From the human T2T-CHM13v2.0 reference genome, Homo sapiens: 64,000 nt of DNA. The number at the start of each line of letters is the position of its first letter. The stretch's first letter is position 1. The position numbers were made by a program, and so were the translations under genes. The stretch lies in assembly GCF_009914755.1 (NCBI RefSeq), contig NC_060934.1, one strand, 5' to 3'. The notes beneath the pieces were generated by a model. It worked only from the letters and a program-made list of their open reading frames with translations, ran no database searches and was not told where the DNA came from. Shown here piece after piece: positions 25,751 through 40,265 of this stretch.

Positions 25751-26084
25751 TTATTTATTTTTAAATTTTCTTTTTGGATGCTCCCTCACCCCCCTCCTCC
25801 TTCCCCAGGCAGGTATTTCGATAGATAAATGATGGGTGGAGAAATTGGGCTTCAGGGTGTGACATGTGTGATAGGTGGTGGGTGGGATGAATGGAGGGAT
25901 GGTTGGCAGGGTGAGGGTGGAAGAAATAAATATGGGTACAACCCCCACTTTCCCCTTCTTGCTGTAGAGCTCCAGAAAGCACTTATCAAAAATACAAATT
26001 CCCAGATGACCCAGCAACTCCACTTCTGAGCCTATGTTCTCTAGACTAATTCACACACGTGTGATGTGCCGATGTGAACGGTTA

Positions 26085-26543
<459 letters not shown>

Positions 26544-26589
26544 TCATCATACCTAGGAATACTGTGCGGCCATTAAAAAATGAAAAGGT

Positions 26590-26919
<330 letters not shown>

Positions 26920-28389
26920 TCATCAAGAGGGGGGAAAAGAAAGCAACATCCAAATAATGTGTATAGAATGTTATTATTTTATGTTTTTAAAAATGTGGCA
27001 AGAAATAGTGTGTGTAGATATTTGCTTCTAGATGAGACTCTCCAGAAGGGGGACTGATGGCACTGGTTCTCCTAGAAAGGGCACCAGGGGACTGGGGACG
27101 GGGTCTGGACCCAGGACTCGATATCTTTGTGGACTTTCTGATTTTTGAACCATGCAAATGAATTACCTGTTCAGACACACATGGAGCAATGAGAATTGCA
27201 CCAAGAGCTACACATCCTTTAAAGCAATTGGAGGAGGAACAGGACTTTCTTCCAAAGGCTGGGGCCAGGCAATGGTGTTGGGTCCCTCAACAAGCGTGTG
27301 TAGAAGGCAGACAGGCAGACAGGCAGGCAGACACAACCTACACTTCCACCAGCTGCGAGGACTTGGCACATCTGGGGCCTCAGTTTCCTCATCTCTAAAA
27401 TGGAGATGATCCTGGCCTTAGAGAGTGTGTGTGAAAAGGAAAGGAGAGAATGCAGGTGTCCAGCACGTGAAAAGTCCTGGCTGACATGGCCAGAGATGAG
27501 GGGTCTTTAGTGGGGAGTGCGACAGAGTAGCAGGGAAGGCTTAGGGCCCCAGGTCTCCTGTCCAGCACCCTGGGTGTGACCCAAGTGTCTGCAGCCTGAA
27601 CTGTCCACTGGGGGCAGGAGGGCAAATCGAACTGGCAGCGGGCAGTCTTCTGCCTTGGCCCAAGGACCTGGACCCCTAACAGTGGGTGGACTAGGGCTGT
27701 ACAGTCCTTCCTCTCTCTACCTAGATCCCCGCCTTTGCTGTGTGGCCTCCCTGGAGCGGCCTGGGGACTCCCAGGGCTTTTTCGAGCCGAAGGAGCTTCC
27801 TCCACTTAGCTCTGTCATCCAGAGGGAAGTCCCATTCATGCTAATGGCCCTGAGCACTCCCTTCTCCTGCACTTCAGGAAGGGTGAGCCTAGTGCCAAGC
27901 CATCCCTGCACCCGCACTGTCAGCCTTGCACAGTGGAAACCGCGGGCTGGCAGTCAGGAACCCTGGCTCCTGGTGTGGGCTCAGACACCACTTGATGTGC
28001 CACCCTGGCTTTTCCCTTTCTGTCTCTCAGCCTCAGTTTCTTTATCTAGAAAATGGGTGTGGTGCTCATTCTTATCCTCCTTTTCCAGGAGGGCAAAGTG
28101 AAAACAACAGAGTTGTGAGTGGTTTGTAAATTATGAACAACTCAAAGCCTGAGGGACTGGGGGAGGGCAGATGCCACCTGAGATCTCCACTCAGAGCACA
28201 TGTGCATGTGCATGTGCACTGAGGGTCGTCATATGGGAAGGTCCCCCTGCATGCACATGTATGAACACACACACACATACACACGTACACACACACACGT
28301 GGGCCAAGCCCTGAACCAGGAATCCAAGGGGAATTGCCACCCCCTCCACCACCCAAAACACACATGCGCATACAGAAATGTGTGCACCT

Positions 28390-28750
<361 letters not shown>

Positions 28751-28947
28751 TCACATGTGCCACACATGGAAAGCACCCAGAAGCATTTCCTGCCCTCAGC
28801 CCAGTGGGGTACCCCAGGTGCAGCCCCACAGGGCCCAGCAAAGGACTCTGGAACCTGCCAGTGTTGTGGCCAGAGGGCAGTTGGGAGGCTGCTCAAGGTT
28901 GGCAGGCCTGGCGTGATCCAGTGACAACCTCTCCTTTCTCTTCGCAG

Positions 28948-28996
28948 GCTGGACAACGTTCATGGCTCTCGGGTAGAACCTAGTGAAACGGCCAGA
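28948..28996 (+). other. ZMIZ1: ZMIZ1 5'UTR part of the first coding exon (49 nt)
   Basis: Polypyrimidine acceptor ctcctttctcttcgcAG ends at 28947, followed by 49 nt before the ATG at 28997. Confidence 0.9.
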
Positions 28997-29056
28997 ATGA
29001 ATTCTATGGACAGGCACATCCAGCAGACCAATGACCGACTGCAGTGCATCAAGCAG
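28997..29056 (+). CDS. ZMIZ1: ZMIZ1 coding exon 1 (aa 1-20, MNSMDRHIQQTNDRLQCIKQ)
   Basis: ATG in gccagaATGa context (A at -3). The translation matches the recalled ZMIZ1 N-terminus. Donor CAG|gtgggt at 29057, phase 0. Confidence 0.97.
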
Positions 29057-29449
29057 GTGGGTGTGGGGCAAGGCACACTCCGAGGGCGGGGCAGATGGGG
29101 CGGGCTGCAGCAGCAGGGCATCTGGTGGGTTCTGGCTGGAGACGATGGCAGGGCCTCCTGACCACCTACCTATCGAGGCCGTTATTGGCATGCTGGCACT
29201 GACCAGCCTAATGCTGGAATCACATGCCTGGGTTTCAGTGCCAATGCTGCCCTGTCCCTTTCCACACCCTTCCCAGCTGTGTGACGTTGGGCCAGTGTTG
29301 TGGCCTCTCTGGGCTCTGTTTATGTGCAAGGATGTAGTGATGCACCTGGCACTTCCATCTCTCTCCCACCACCTCCCTCCCTAGAACTAAGCTCCCTGCC
29401 CCTTTGCTCCAGTCGTTCTCAAAAAAAAAAAAAAAAAAAAAAAGTCACA

Positions 29450-29826
29450 GGCTGGGTGTGGCAGCTTACGCCTGTAATCCCAGAACTTTGAGAGGCCAAG
29501 GTAGGAAGATTGTTCGAGCCCAGCCTGGGTAACATAGCAAGACCCTGTCTCAGAAAAAAAAAAAAAAAAAAAAAAAAAGAAAGAAAGAAAGAAGGAAGGA
29601 AGGAGGGAGAAAGAAAGAAAAGAAATTAAAGCTGAGAAAATTTAAAAATATTTACTAATTTATTTAAAAATAAGAACCCATTATAGGCTGGACCCAGTGA
29701 TTCACACCTGTAATCTCAGCGCTTTGGGAGGCTAAGGGAGGAGGATCACTTGAAGCCAAGAATTTGAAACCAGCCTGGGCAACATAGTGAGACCCCATCT
29801 GTATTTTTTAAAAAAAGAAAAAAAAA
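29450..29826 (+). mobile_element. Two Alu monomers (FLAM/AluJ left arms; 29450-~29625 with A/GAAA tail, and 29686-29826)
   Basis: Left-arm sequences cctgtaatcccagaactttgagagg and cctgtaatctcagcgctttgggagg, each followed by an A-rich tail with no right arm. Confidence 0.85.
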
Positions 29827-30179
29827 GCCACAAGACAAGAGGTCCTAGGAAATCATATCATTTTACAGGAAAGGAAACAAGTACAGAGAGGGGAAGTGGG
29901 TAGCCTGAGTCCACTCAGCCCCTCTGGTGCTGGGAAGACCTAATTCCAGTGAGTGCCATGGTCCCCACCCTGCTGAAGCTCATACCAAGCCCAAGAGGCA
30001 AGCTGCCCAGGAGTTCCCCTATTTGGACTGCCGGGAGGTGGGGAACCTTTCACAGGGGCGCCCCCAAGCGGTGGCCAGGAGTGACGTGCCCACCTGCTGG
30101 GCCCAGCTCCCACTGCCCAGGCTGGCAGCTTCCCTGCACAGACCCACGAATGTTATTCACTCCAGGAAGGACCAGGTAC

Positions 30180-30395
30180 AGTGAGAGGGGCATGGGCTTT
30201 GGTGTCAGACGCCTTGGACCCAAGTGCTCATTCCTTTATGGACCCATGGTGAGATCTCAAGCTAGTCCTCCATTTCTCTGAGCCTCAGCTTCCCCATTTG
30301 TCAAATGGGGCCTACCTCGTAGGATGCTGTGAGGATGTTGTGGGTGATGCACGTAGCCCAGCCCTGGTGTGTGGTGTCCATTGTCCTCAGTATGT
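30180..30395 (+). mobile_element. MIR SINE
   Basis: atgggctttggtgtcagac...tctctgagcctcagcttccccatttgtcaaatggggcctacctcgtaggatgctgtgaggat. Confidence 0.75.
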
Positions 30396-32074
30396 CAGTG
30401 ACAGGGAAGGGAGTGCTGGGGCTCAGGCCCCTGGCCTAGGCCAGCTTAGCAGGAAGCTCAGGCAACCAGCATGGGCTGCTGGCCCCTGGGCTTCCGCCAG
30501 GCAGAACTCACAGCCCCCTACCCACCCAGCCTTCCCTCCTTGAGGGCCAGGACCCAGACGGAGCCTCCCCAAGGTGCCTGCCCAGTGGAACTGAGGCTGT
30601 TCCTCGAGAACGAGGGTTGTGTGTCTTCTTATTAGCATCGAGCAGAGGAATCTTAAAGTCTATGCAGGGTATGTGGAGAGGAAATTGAAGAAGGCTTGTT
30701 ACAGATTGAACCCAGCCCAAATGGCTCTCCCAAACGCCAATTACACGCCTCTGTTCACCGTGGCAGAATAGAAACCAGACGCCAAGACTCCCTCCTCCCC
30801 CACACTCCCTCCTCCCACTCAGGGTTCTGCAGGGCTCTTTCCTAGCTCTACCTTTCACTCCGTTTCTCCCACCCTTGGCTCAGCTGGCAGGGGCCCCGCC
30901 CTCCAATGGAATGCTCATGCCTCCTGTGCATGGGACCCTCTGCATGGCAGGCACACCACTCCTGCCGAGACCTGCTCTCAGCCTCTTTCCTCTTGGCACC
31001 TAGCTCCGTATCACCAGGGGTCAGGGTGCACCTGACTTCTTTGGCCCTCCCTGGGTCCATCTTGGGCAGAGGCCCACCAGAAGCCCCTCACAGCATGGCA
31101 CACAGCTCAGTCACCATTCCGTCGCTTACAAACTATGCAGCCTTAAGTTGCCGCTTCACTTCCCTTCATCTATAAAATGGGCATCATAATTAATTCACAT
31201 TCAACCAGCACATGCCAGAGCCCACACCACCCTCCCTCACCTGCCCCGGCACACACATGCGTGCACACACACAGAGGGCTCTGCTTTTGAGCCAGGCAGT
31301 GGCGCATTTGTGAGTGTGCCCAGATGCCCCCTGGGCCATCCAGAGCTCCCTACGTGCTCCATGCCCCTCCTCCCACATCTCCGGTCAGACACAGCTCAGT
31401 GCTGACATCTGTCTGCTCCACAGCTGCCCTAGAAGTCAGCCTCGGCTGGCTGGGGACTGTTGATTCTCAGGCATCCTGTAACCTAATCAGAAGAGAAAGG
31501 CAAGCATGTGTGCACGAGCTGAGATGACGAGCTGTGCAGACCTCAGGCTGGTAGGGGCTCACCTCTCCACACAGCCTTCCCTTCCTGCCCTCACCTTGGT
31601 TGTAGCCTTTGCTGGCGTTCACCAACCCCCACCCTCTGCACCCTGCTGCCCATGTCCCCTCACAGCCTCTATCTAAGCTGCCTTTGCCCCTTCTCAGCCT
31701 CTTGGTACTGGGAGAACCAGTGCTCCCTCTCTGCAACATGCCCTTCTCAGAGATCACTGCCACATCCCAGCTCTACATGGAGAGCCCTGCAAATCAGCTC
31801 ATTCCTGCTCAGCAGCTGCCCTGAACCCCAGGGGCCCTTCTGAGCATCTGTACCCCATCCCTGAGCTTGAACACTTCCTGGGCACCCAGCTGTCTCACCT
31901 ACTCTGCTCTGTCTCTCTGGAGCTATGGGCCCTGTAGGAATACATCAGGTCTCCCACCAGGTTGAGCTCCTTGGGGGCAAAGGACATGCCATATTCATCT
32001 CAAAATCACAGAGTCTAGCATAGCATCCAGCTCAGAGTGGGGCCCAGCTATTTTAGGTGGGCTGAGGAGAGGGG

Positions 32075-32440
32075 TGGACTGATAGATGGATACATAAGAG
32101 AATGGATGGATGGACATATGGGCAGATAGTTAGATGGGTGGGTGGGTGGACGTGTATAGATGATGAATGGATAAATAGATGAATGAACAGATAGGTGGGT
32201 GACTGGATAAATTAACTTCTGGATGAATGGGTAGATAGGTAGATGAATGAAGGGATGGATGAGTGGTGGATAAAGTGGTGAATGGATGAATGGGTGGGCT
32301 GGCAAGGAGACAGATGGATGAATTGATTCATTTAGGATGGATGGATGGATGGATGGATGGATACACGCATAGATGGATGAATGGATGAATCACTTGATTC
32401 ACAGATGGACTGGTGGACAGATGGATTGATAAGATGAATT
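32075..32440. repeat. (TGGA)n/(TGAA)n degenerate simple repeat
   Basis: Long ggatggatgaatgg-type array with a pure (GGAT) core near 32335-32362. Confidence 0.93.
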
Positions 32441-33180
32441 CATCATTTCAAGGCATTGGTGTGCCCTGTTCCTGCCCCAGCAGACTCAATGGCATTGGAT
32501 ATAGCCCAACTCTTCTGAGGAATTATAGAGATGGGCAGGCTTTCTGATGGGGGACAGAGTACTAGTGTCCAGTAACAGCCATAATTAGGGAGGCCTCTGC
32601 CTATGATTCAAACATGTGCTCCCATCCCCAGCCCATCAACGGCTGGCCAAGCTCACCCCTGCCCTGCCCTGGCCCCTCCCTCCACCTCCCACTGGGGCTC
32701 ATTCTGCAGTGGCCATGTTGCTGGCCTACACAGCAGGCTCACCATCCTTTGGACAGTTAACTGCTCCCCAATCATTTCCCATGGGGTTCAGCCTTGTGCC
32801 AGCCTTTGGGGTTCCAGAGGTGAACAGGAGGCTGTTTCTCCCCTCAGGAGGCTCAAAAGAGAAACAGAGAACCGTGGAGGGGCCCTGGCATCAACAGCAG
32901 TAGCAGTCTTTCCCTGGGCTCCTGCTCTGTAATGAGTTCCTTGTCGTTTCTCAACTTTGCGGCAGCCCTGAATGCCATCACTACCCCGTTTCACAGATGA
33001 GGGTCTGATGTGCAGCAATGTCTCCTGGGCTGCATGGCTCAGCAGCTGAGACGGGGTTTGGACCATGTCTGTTCTGCTTATCTCACTAGATCACTTTGTC
33101 TCTCTGTGCACTTCAGTCACCTCTTGGTTGAAATAGGTGACAAGGGCACAGAGAGGGGAGGGGGCTTGACCAAGGCCAAA

Positions 33181-33484
33181 GAGCTGCACAGTAGCCATCA
33201 TTGTATTCCCAGCACTTTGGGAGACGGTGGTAGGAGGACTGCTTGAGCTCAGGAGTTTAAGACCAGCCTGGGCAACATAGCAAGACGTCGTCTCTGTTAA
33301 AAATTAACAACAACAACAAAAAGTAGCCAGGCATGGTGGTGCACACCAGTAATCCAAGCTACTTGGGAAGCTGAAGTGGGAGGATCACTTGAGCCCAGGA
33401 GATTGAAGCTGCAGTGAGCTATGATCGCACCACTACCCCCCAGCCTGGGTGACAGAATGAGACCCTGTCCAAAAAAAAAAAAAA
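33181..33484 (+). mobile_element. AluJ
   Basis: AluJ diagnostics gcttgagctcaggagttt and ggatcacttgagcccaggag, with poly(A) tail. Confidence 0.9.
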
Positions 33485-35401
33485 GCCAGCAAAGGGGACA
33501 CTTGATGTTTTCTTCAGCAATGAGGTGTACCCACAGCCTACAGGCCACACAAGCTGTCTGGGGTGAGCTCTGAACGCTGGTGAGATACTGAAGGCTGGGC
33601 ACTCGGGTGCCAGAACCAGACTGGGCCTCTGAGATGGACCTCAGAGGCTACCCCTGCACCCAGAGCCCCAAAGTGGGGTGCTGTGACCAGCTGGGGGCAG
33701 GCAGCTCTGAGGCAGCATGCAGTGGCTCCTGCCCCTGCTAATTTGGTGTGACATCACTGAAATAAACAGAACAACTCGGTTAGCAGGGGTGGCTGGTGGG
33801 CAGGAATCAGCTGATTTGCATGGCTTTCCACGTGCAGCCTAGATACCACCTGTGGCCTCTGAGGGGCATGCTTTAGAGAAAGGGCACAGGAGGCAGAGGT
33901 GAGGACCCGCCGCTGCCCTCTCAAAGGGCTTGTTTCTGTATGTTGAAATTACTCCTGTCTCACACAATTCAAATGCAGGGAGCACTGCCTTTGCAGAAGG
34001 AGCCAGGGCTGAGAGCGGCCACATGCAGCTGTACTTCCAGGAGAGCCTTTGGGAGACAGAGTCAGGGCCAAGGGCAGCCCCACATGGGAGCACCCCACGC
34101 GCCAGGCACTTTGCCAGGGGCTGTATAAGCCTCATCTTGTTTAAGCCTCACTGCGGCCCCGTGATGGAGGGCTTTGTTGCTGCTTGCCTGCCCTCTTTCT
34201 CTCCTACATCTCTTTCTCTCCCTTTACTTCCATGGAAGGAGGACATTCTCCTTCATTTCACTTTCCTCCACCCATTTTTAAATACCTTGCCTCGCATGAA
34301 CTACATTGTAGCAACAGTCACGGAACCTTAAGCGAAAGAAATAAAACCCCACCACCAAGTCATGTTCTGTCATATCCCCATTTTACAGATGAGGCTACTG
34401 AGGCTCAGGGAGCTGAGGGGACCATCCTACGTCAGTGGTTGAAAGTGGGTGAAGGCAGAGTGTGGATTCCCGTAGCTCCCCTGCCAATTCTGGGCCCTGC
34501 GGCTCCTAGGCCCCTCCCTGCCCTGGCGCTGGGGCAGGCTCATGCTGCAGGTCGAATGGAGGGACTGCCCTGGGTGGCTCCTGTTCTGTTGTTTCTCCCA
34601 GTACCAAGGCAATGGGACCTCAGGAGGTGCCATCATCTCTGCAGTGGTTCACACTCCTGTGCTGTGGACACCCTCCAGGGGTCCTTCAGGAGGACACAGT
34701 CAGTTACAGCCAAATTGGGCCAGAGCCCCATCCCAGAATCTCACCTTTGCCCCTAATCTGCTCCTTGCTCCTAGCCACATCTTTTGTCTCCTGGACTCAG
34801 TACCCAACTCAGAGGGCCTGAGGAGACGGATAAGAGTGAAGGGGGGCATGGGAACCACCCCTTTGCTTTGCACCTCACCCACCCCACCAGCCCTGCAGCC
34901 TGGGCCTGAAGCGGAACCAGGAGGCCCAGCACCCTGGCACCAGAATTCAGTCTCCATCGACTCAGACTCTGCCTGGCAGGGGCCTGAGCTCAGGCTGACT
35001 TCCCCAACCATGCCAGCAGCCTCTGAGCGGACCCAGGCAGGGCCCAGTACGTCACACACAGCAGCCCCTAGTGTGAGGACAGTACAGGCACGTGTGCTTC
35101 CTTCACCCTCCCAGCTGGCTGTGGCCTCCCCCAACCCATCACCTTATGTGGCTAGGGCAGAGCAGGCTCCAAAGCCAGAGCTGGTGGGAGCCCAGTCCTG
35201 GGCTTTGATGGCGGTGGCTGGGCAGTCAGGAAGGAATCTCCAGGGCCAACCTGTCCTGGATCAGGGAGGGAGAACTCCCGGAACCCTGCAGGGATCACCT
35301 TCCGCCACCCCCACCAGCATCCAGAAAGCACTCTGCTATTAGTCACCAGCCTTCTCTAGACCTTGGTTTTCCTGTCTTTGCAATGGGGCTACTAATCCAC
35401 T

Positions 35402-35511
35402 GGGGTGGGGATGGGGGTAGAGGTGGAGGTGAGGGTGGGGGTGGAGGTGGTGGGGGTGGAGTGGAGGTGGATCGGGGAGGTGGGGTGGAGGTGGGGGTGG
35501 GGGGTGGTGGG
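35402..35511 (+). repeat. G-rich (GGGGT/GGAGGT)n tract with G-quadruplex potential
   Basis: More than ten G3-G6 runs with short loops, ending about 190 nt upstream of coding exon 2. Confidence 0.9.
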
Positions 35512-35609
35512 AGCAGGCATGCCGAGCACAGGGTGTGAAATCGAGCATGAGGAAACTTACTGATCCCAGCTACCCCTTTACCCCTTTCTGTGAACCTCCT
35601 CCCCAGTGA

Positions 35610-35867
<258 letters not shown>

Positions 35868-36144
35868 TAGCGTGCCTGTCCAGGTTTCAGAGAGGTTGTC
35901 AGACATTGGGAGGTGACACCAGTGAGAGAGCTGGGAAGACACTGGTGCTGGGGGGATGGCCCTATTTGGTGTGTCCCCCACGTGCACACCCTCAGGGGAC
36001 CTGGAGTTGATGAGGAGGCACAGTCCCTAGGGATTGTGTGGGTTCCCACACTTGATGAGAAAGACGCAGTGTTCACTTTGCAGGTCACTGTTCCATCATA
36101 AGCACAGTAGAGAAACTCTCAAAGGGTTTTCAGCCATTTTTTAT

Positions 36145-36500
36145 CCAGTCATTCATTCATTCATTCACTTAGCAAACATGTATGGAGCTTCTTTTGTCAT
36201 CATCCATCCATTCAGGTAAGCATTGATTGAGCCCCTCTTACATCCATCCGTCTAACCAAATGAGCATTGATCTCTCATTGATCATGTATGATCCCTCTGC
36301 TAAGTCCAGGGAAACTGAAGATGAATAAGGCTTCACCGAGCCTGGTTTCCTCTGTAGCGGAGGAGGCAGATGTGTAAAGAAGTGACTGAGAAAATCATGT
36401 CCACAGTGAAGGCAGCACAGGGAAGGGAATCCTGAACTGGCTGGGTGGCGGGGCAGGGTGCATAAAACTGAGGAAAGGAGCTACCCTCCATGGGCAGGAG
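36145..36500 (-). mobile_element. L2 LINE 3' fragment
   Basis: (CATT)n L2 tail, cattgattgagcccc, gatgaataag...cctgg and downstream purine-rich L2-like sequence. Confidence 0.55.
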
Positions 36501-36506
36501 TCTGCA

Positions 36507-36604
36507 AAGCAGCAGAGGGGCAGGAGTGCTCGGGGCACAAGCAGCAGAGGGGGCAGGAGTGCTCGGGGCACAAGCAGCAGAGGGGGCAGGAGTGCTTGGG
36601 GCAC
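36507..36604. repeat. 33-bp tandem repeat x3 (aagcagcagagggggcaggagtgctcggggcac)
   Basis: Three near-identical units of 32, 33 and 33 bp. Confidence 0.95.
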
Positions 36605-37704
36605 ATGGAACAGCATCTGCAAAAGGCCACACACCCGATGGAACCCAGAGAACAGGAAGGGTCGAGGCTGCAAGCTGGGCAGAGGCCAGGTCCAGAGTTT
36701 GTGGTATGATCGGCCAGGCTAAGGAGCTTGCCAGCCAACAGGGCCCCATGGAAGTCACTCGAAGCTTGAGAATGTCCCCAGCCATGTGGCCTGTGTCCAT
36801 ATGTGTGATGACCAGGGAGGGCAGCTGCTCAGAAGGCCCTGAGTCCACTTTGAAAGGAATGTGGGTAAACAGATGGCAGGGGAGCCCGCCTATCCTGAGG
36901 CTGGGAGAGGATGTCTGGCCAGGCGGGAACAGCGGGCATGGCCCACGGGCACCAGGCTTCCTGAAAAGCTGGAAGGAGACAAAAGGCCCACATGGCCTTG
37001 GCCTGGAGAGGAAGAAATAGCGGCAACACGGCTATCGTGACAAAGCATCTGTTCTGTGCCTGGCAGGGAGCCGGCCCACAGAATACACCATCCCACCAAA
37101 TCCCCTCAGTGAGCTTGGCCTGCAACCCTCCCCCACATTTTACAGAGGAGGAAACTGAGACTTTTAACTGACTTCCCAAGGGCGCACAGCCTTAGAGGTG
37201 GGCCTGGGATTACAGCCGAGGCCTGCCTGTCTTCAGAGGGGATGCCCTTGGCCATTAGGGATGCCAGACAGGGATGCAGCCAGGACCCTCCTGGGGCTGC
37301 TCAGCTTGTCAGAAGCCAGCACCATCTGGCTCCCTCAGGCCACCGGGCCAAATCGAGCAGCCACCTGCACTGCCCAGTCTTCCTCATCCTTCAGCCCATG
37401 GGATCCCCTTCTCCCTCCGCCCCCCCAGCCCCCTAATCCTCTTTGTGGGGATCTGGTTCCAGGCTAAGCCATGTGGGCAGGGACAGATGTTGCCAGAGGC
37501 TCCCTCACTTCTACCCCAGCAGAGGATGGAGGAGGTGGGAACCTTGTGTGACGTGTGTCCAGCCAGGCTGCCACAGTCTCCAGCACATTGCCCCGAGCCT
37601 GACCCTGTCTATCTAGGATGTGGGGACTTGAGACTGAATCAGAGAGTGGCCCTCACCGGCCTGGATGGACCAGGAACTGGCTCTGCCTCGGTCCTCTTGT
37701 CCAT

Positions 37705-38180
37705 GCGTTCATTCATGAACATTCACTGGGCTCTTGTTGGGGGACAGGCCCTGTGCTGGGCCCCAGAGGGACCATTGTCAAGGGGCTGGCCTGCCAGGGG
37801 GAGCCTGACATTGAACCCACAAAGGAGCAAACAGGGACATATGCCAGAGCTCTGGGAGAAGGGGCAAGGGTACAGGGCAGGAAATGTCTCCTGAGGAGTT
37901 GACCTCCTTGGGAGGATGAGAGAGCAGGGTGCTCCAGGCAGAGGGAACTGCTAATGCAAAGGCCCTGAGGCTTGCTGTGTTCATGAACAGAAAGAAGGCT
38001 CAGGTGGCTGGAGCCCAGGGAAGGGAGAAGCATGTGAGATGAGGCAGAGGAAGGAGGTGTAAAGCAGCTAACACAGGGCCCACAGGCCAAGCGAAAGTCT
38101 GGGCATTATTTGGAGGGCAATGGGGAGCCCTTGAAGGGTTGTCAGCAGGAGAGTGATGGGCTATGATTTGTATGGGGGCA
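37705..38180 (-). mobile_element. L2 LINE fragment
   Basis: ttcattcatgaacattcactgggc, ccaggcagagggaactgctaatgcaaaggccctgagg and gcaatggggagcccttgaaggg are typical L2 3' motifs. Confidence 0.7.
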
Positions 38181-39510
38181 GGAGCTCTGAAGGGAGCATC
38201 TTTTGAGGGCAGGATGGAGGGATCATGGAGGGCTTCCTGGAGGAGGGAGCCCAGAGAGGGCCTCATGAGATCTGGCTGGACAGAGAGGAATCCATGGCAG
38301 GAGAGGCTGCATAGACAGTGCCCACTCTCCTGGGCCTCTGTTCCCTGCCTCCAGTGTAAGGCATGTACCTAGTGGAATGGCCCCCACTCCTGCAGCCTGG
38401 CCACAGCTGCAGAGACCTGAGTCTAGCTTCCCTTAGAGCTCAGTAGAGCCAGCAGCTTGAAGGGGCTTGGTGGCGGGTAGTGGGGATTGTCATAAACGAC
38501 ACTTCAGTGCTCAGGGTATTTTCCCTAGCCACTGTCTCTTTGGATCCTTGTAAAGACCCTTTGAGGTGGGCAGGGAGTCACCACTCCCATTTTACAAACA
38601 AGGCCACTGGGAGCAGGAGCAGCTTACCCTAGTCCCAGGCTGGTCCCACAGACTCCCTGGGAGCCTCTGGGCCCTGTTGCCGGTGCCCCTGTTCCCCAGG
38701 CATCCTCAGCCCCAGCCCTGCCCCATGGAGAAGAACGGAATGTGGGAGGTAGGTCCCAAGGGACCTAGGTGGGGCAAGACAGCTGTCCCCTCCCCACACA
38801 AACGCACACACACCCTCCCTATCCAGGTGTCAGCCTGAGCCCTCCAGGTTGCTGCAATCCCCGGGGTGACCTCTGGAAGCAAACTCCAAATTCCTCTGGA
38901 TCCGGCTTACTTTGAGGATATAAATTAAAAATCACTTAGCCCCGAGCAGCAAATGGACACATTTCTGTCATACTCACTTCTAAGCAGCTCAGGCACAATT
39001 AAAGTGACCCCAGACCTGGCCCTGCCATCCCGTCTGCTTCACATCTTGAGACTTAAGGATGCGGAAGCACAGGACCCCCAGGCCCTGCCCCAGGGGCCGG
39101 CACAAGCCCCGGGCCACCACTTCCTCATCAGAAGCAGGCCCTTCCTCCTCCAGTAGTCGGGCAGAGCAGCCCCTCTGGGCGCCCTCTCCCTCCCGTGGGC
39201 TTAGGGAACGGCGGAAGACAGAGGAGACAGTGGGAGAGCAGGTCCAGGAGGGAACCGGGTTTCACATCAGCAGGCCTCTCCTTCATCTCCCCAATGAGGA
39301 CGCCCTGCAGCTTCAGAGGAGGTCAGAGTCAGAAAGACTTTTCGGGTCCCGCCCCCTGCCAGTAATGGAGACCCCTTCTCCAGCATTCCCTAGACAGCCT
39401 GTCCTCCTGTTTTGTGACCAGCAGGCTGGACGCTTTTCAAGACAACTCAGTTGCTTTGTGGGACTAATGTAATTCACCACGTGACCTTAAGCAAGTCACC
39501 CGTCTTCTTC

Positions 39511-40265
<755 letters not shown>

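Noticed and set aside
34542-35342. 266-aa ORF upstream of coding exon 2
   Set aside because: Pro/Ala/Gly-rich chance ORF in GC-rich intron, with no homology recognised and no splice support.
36507-36604. 33-bp repeats as a CRISPR-like array
   Set aside because: Head-to-tail with no spacers, in eukaryotic intron context; a simple minisatellite.
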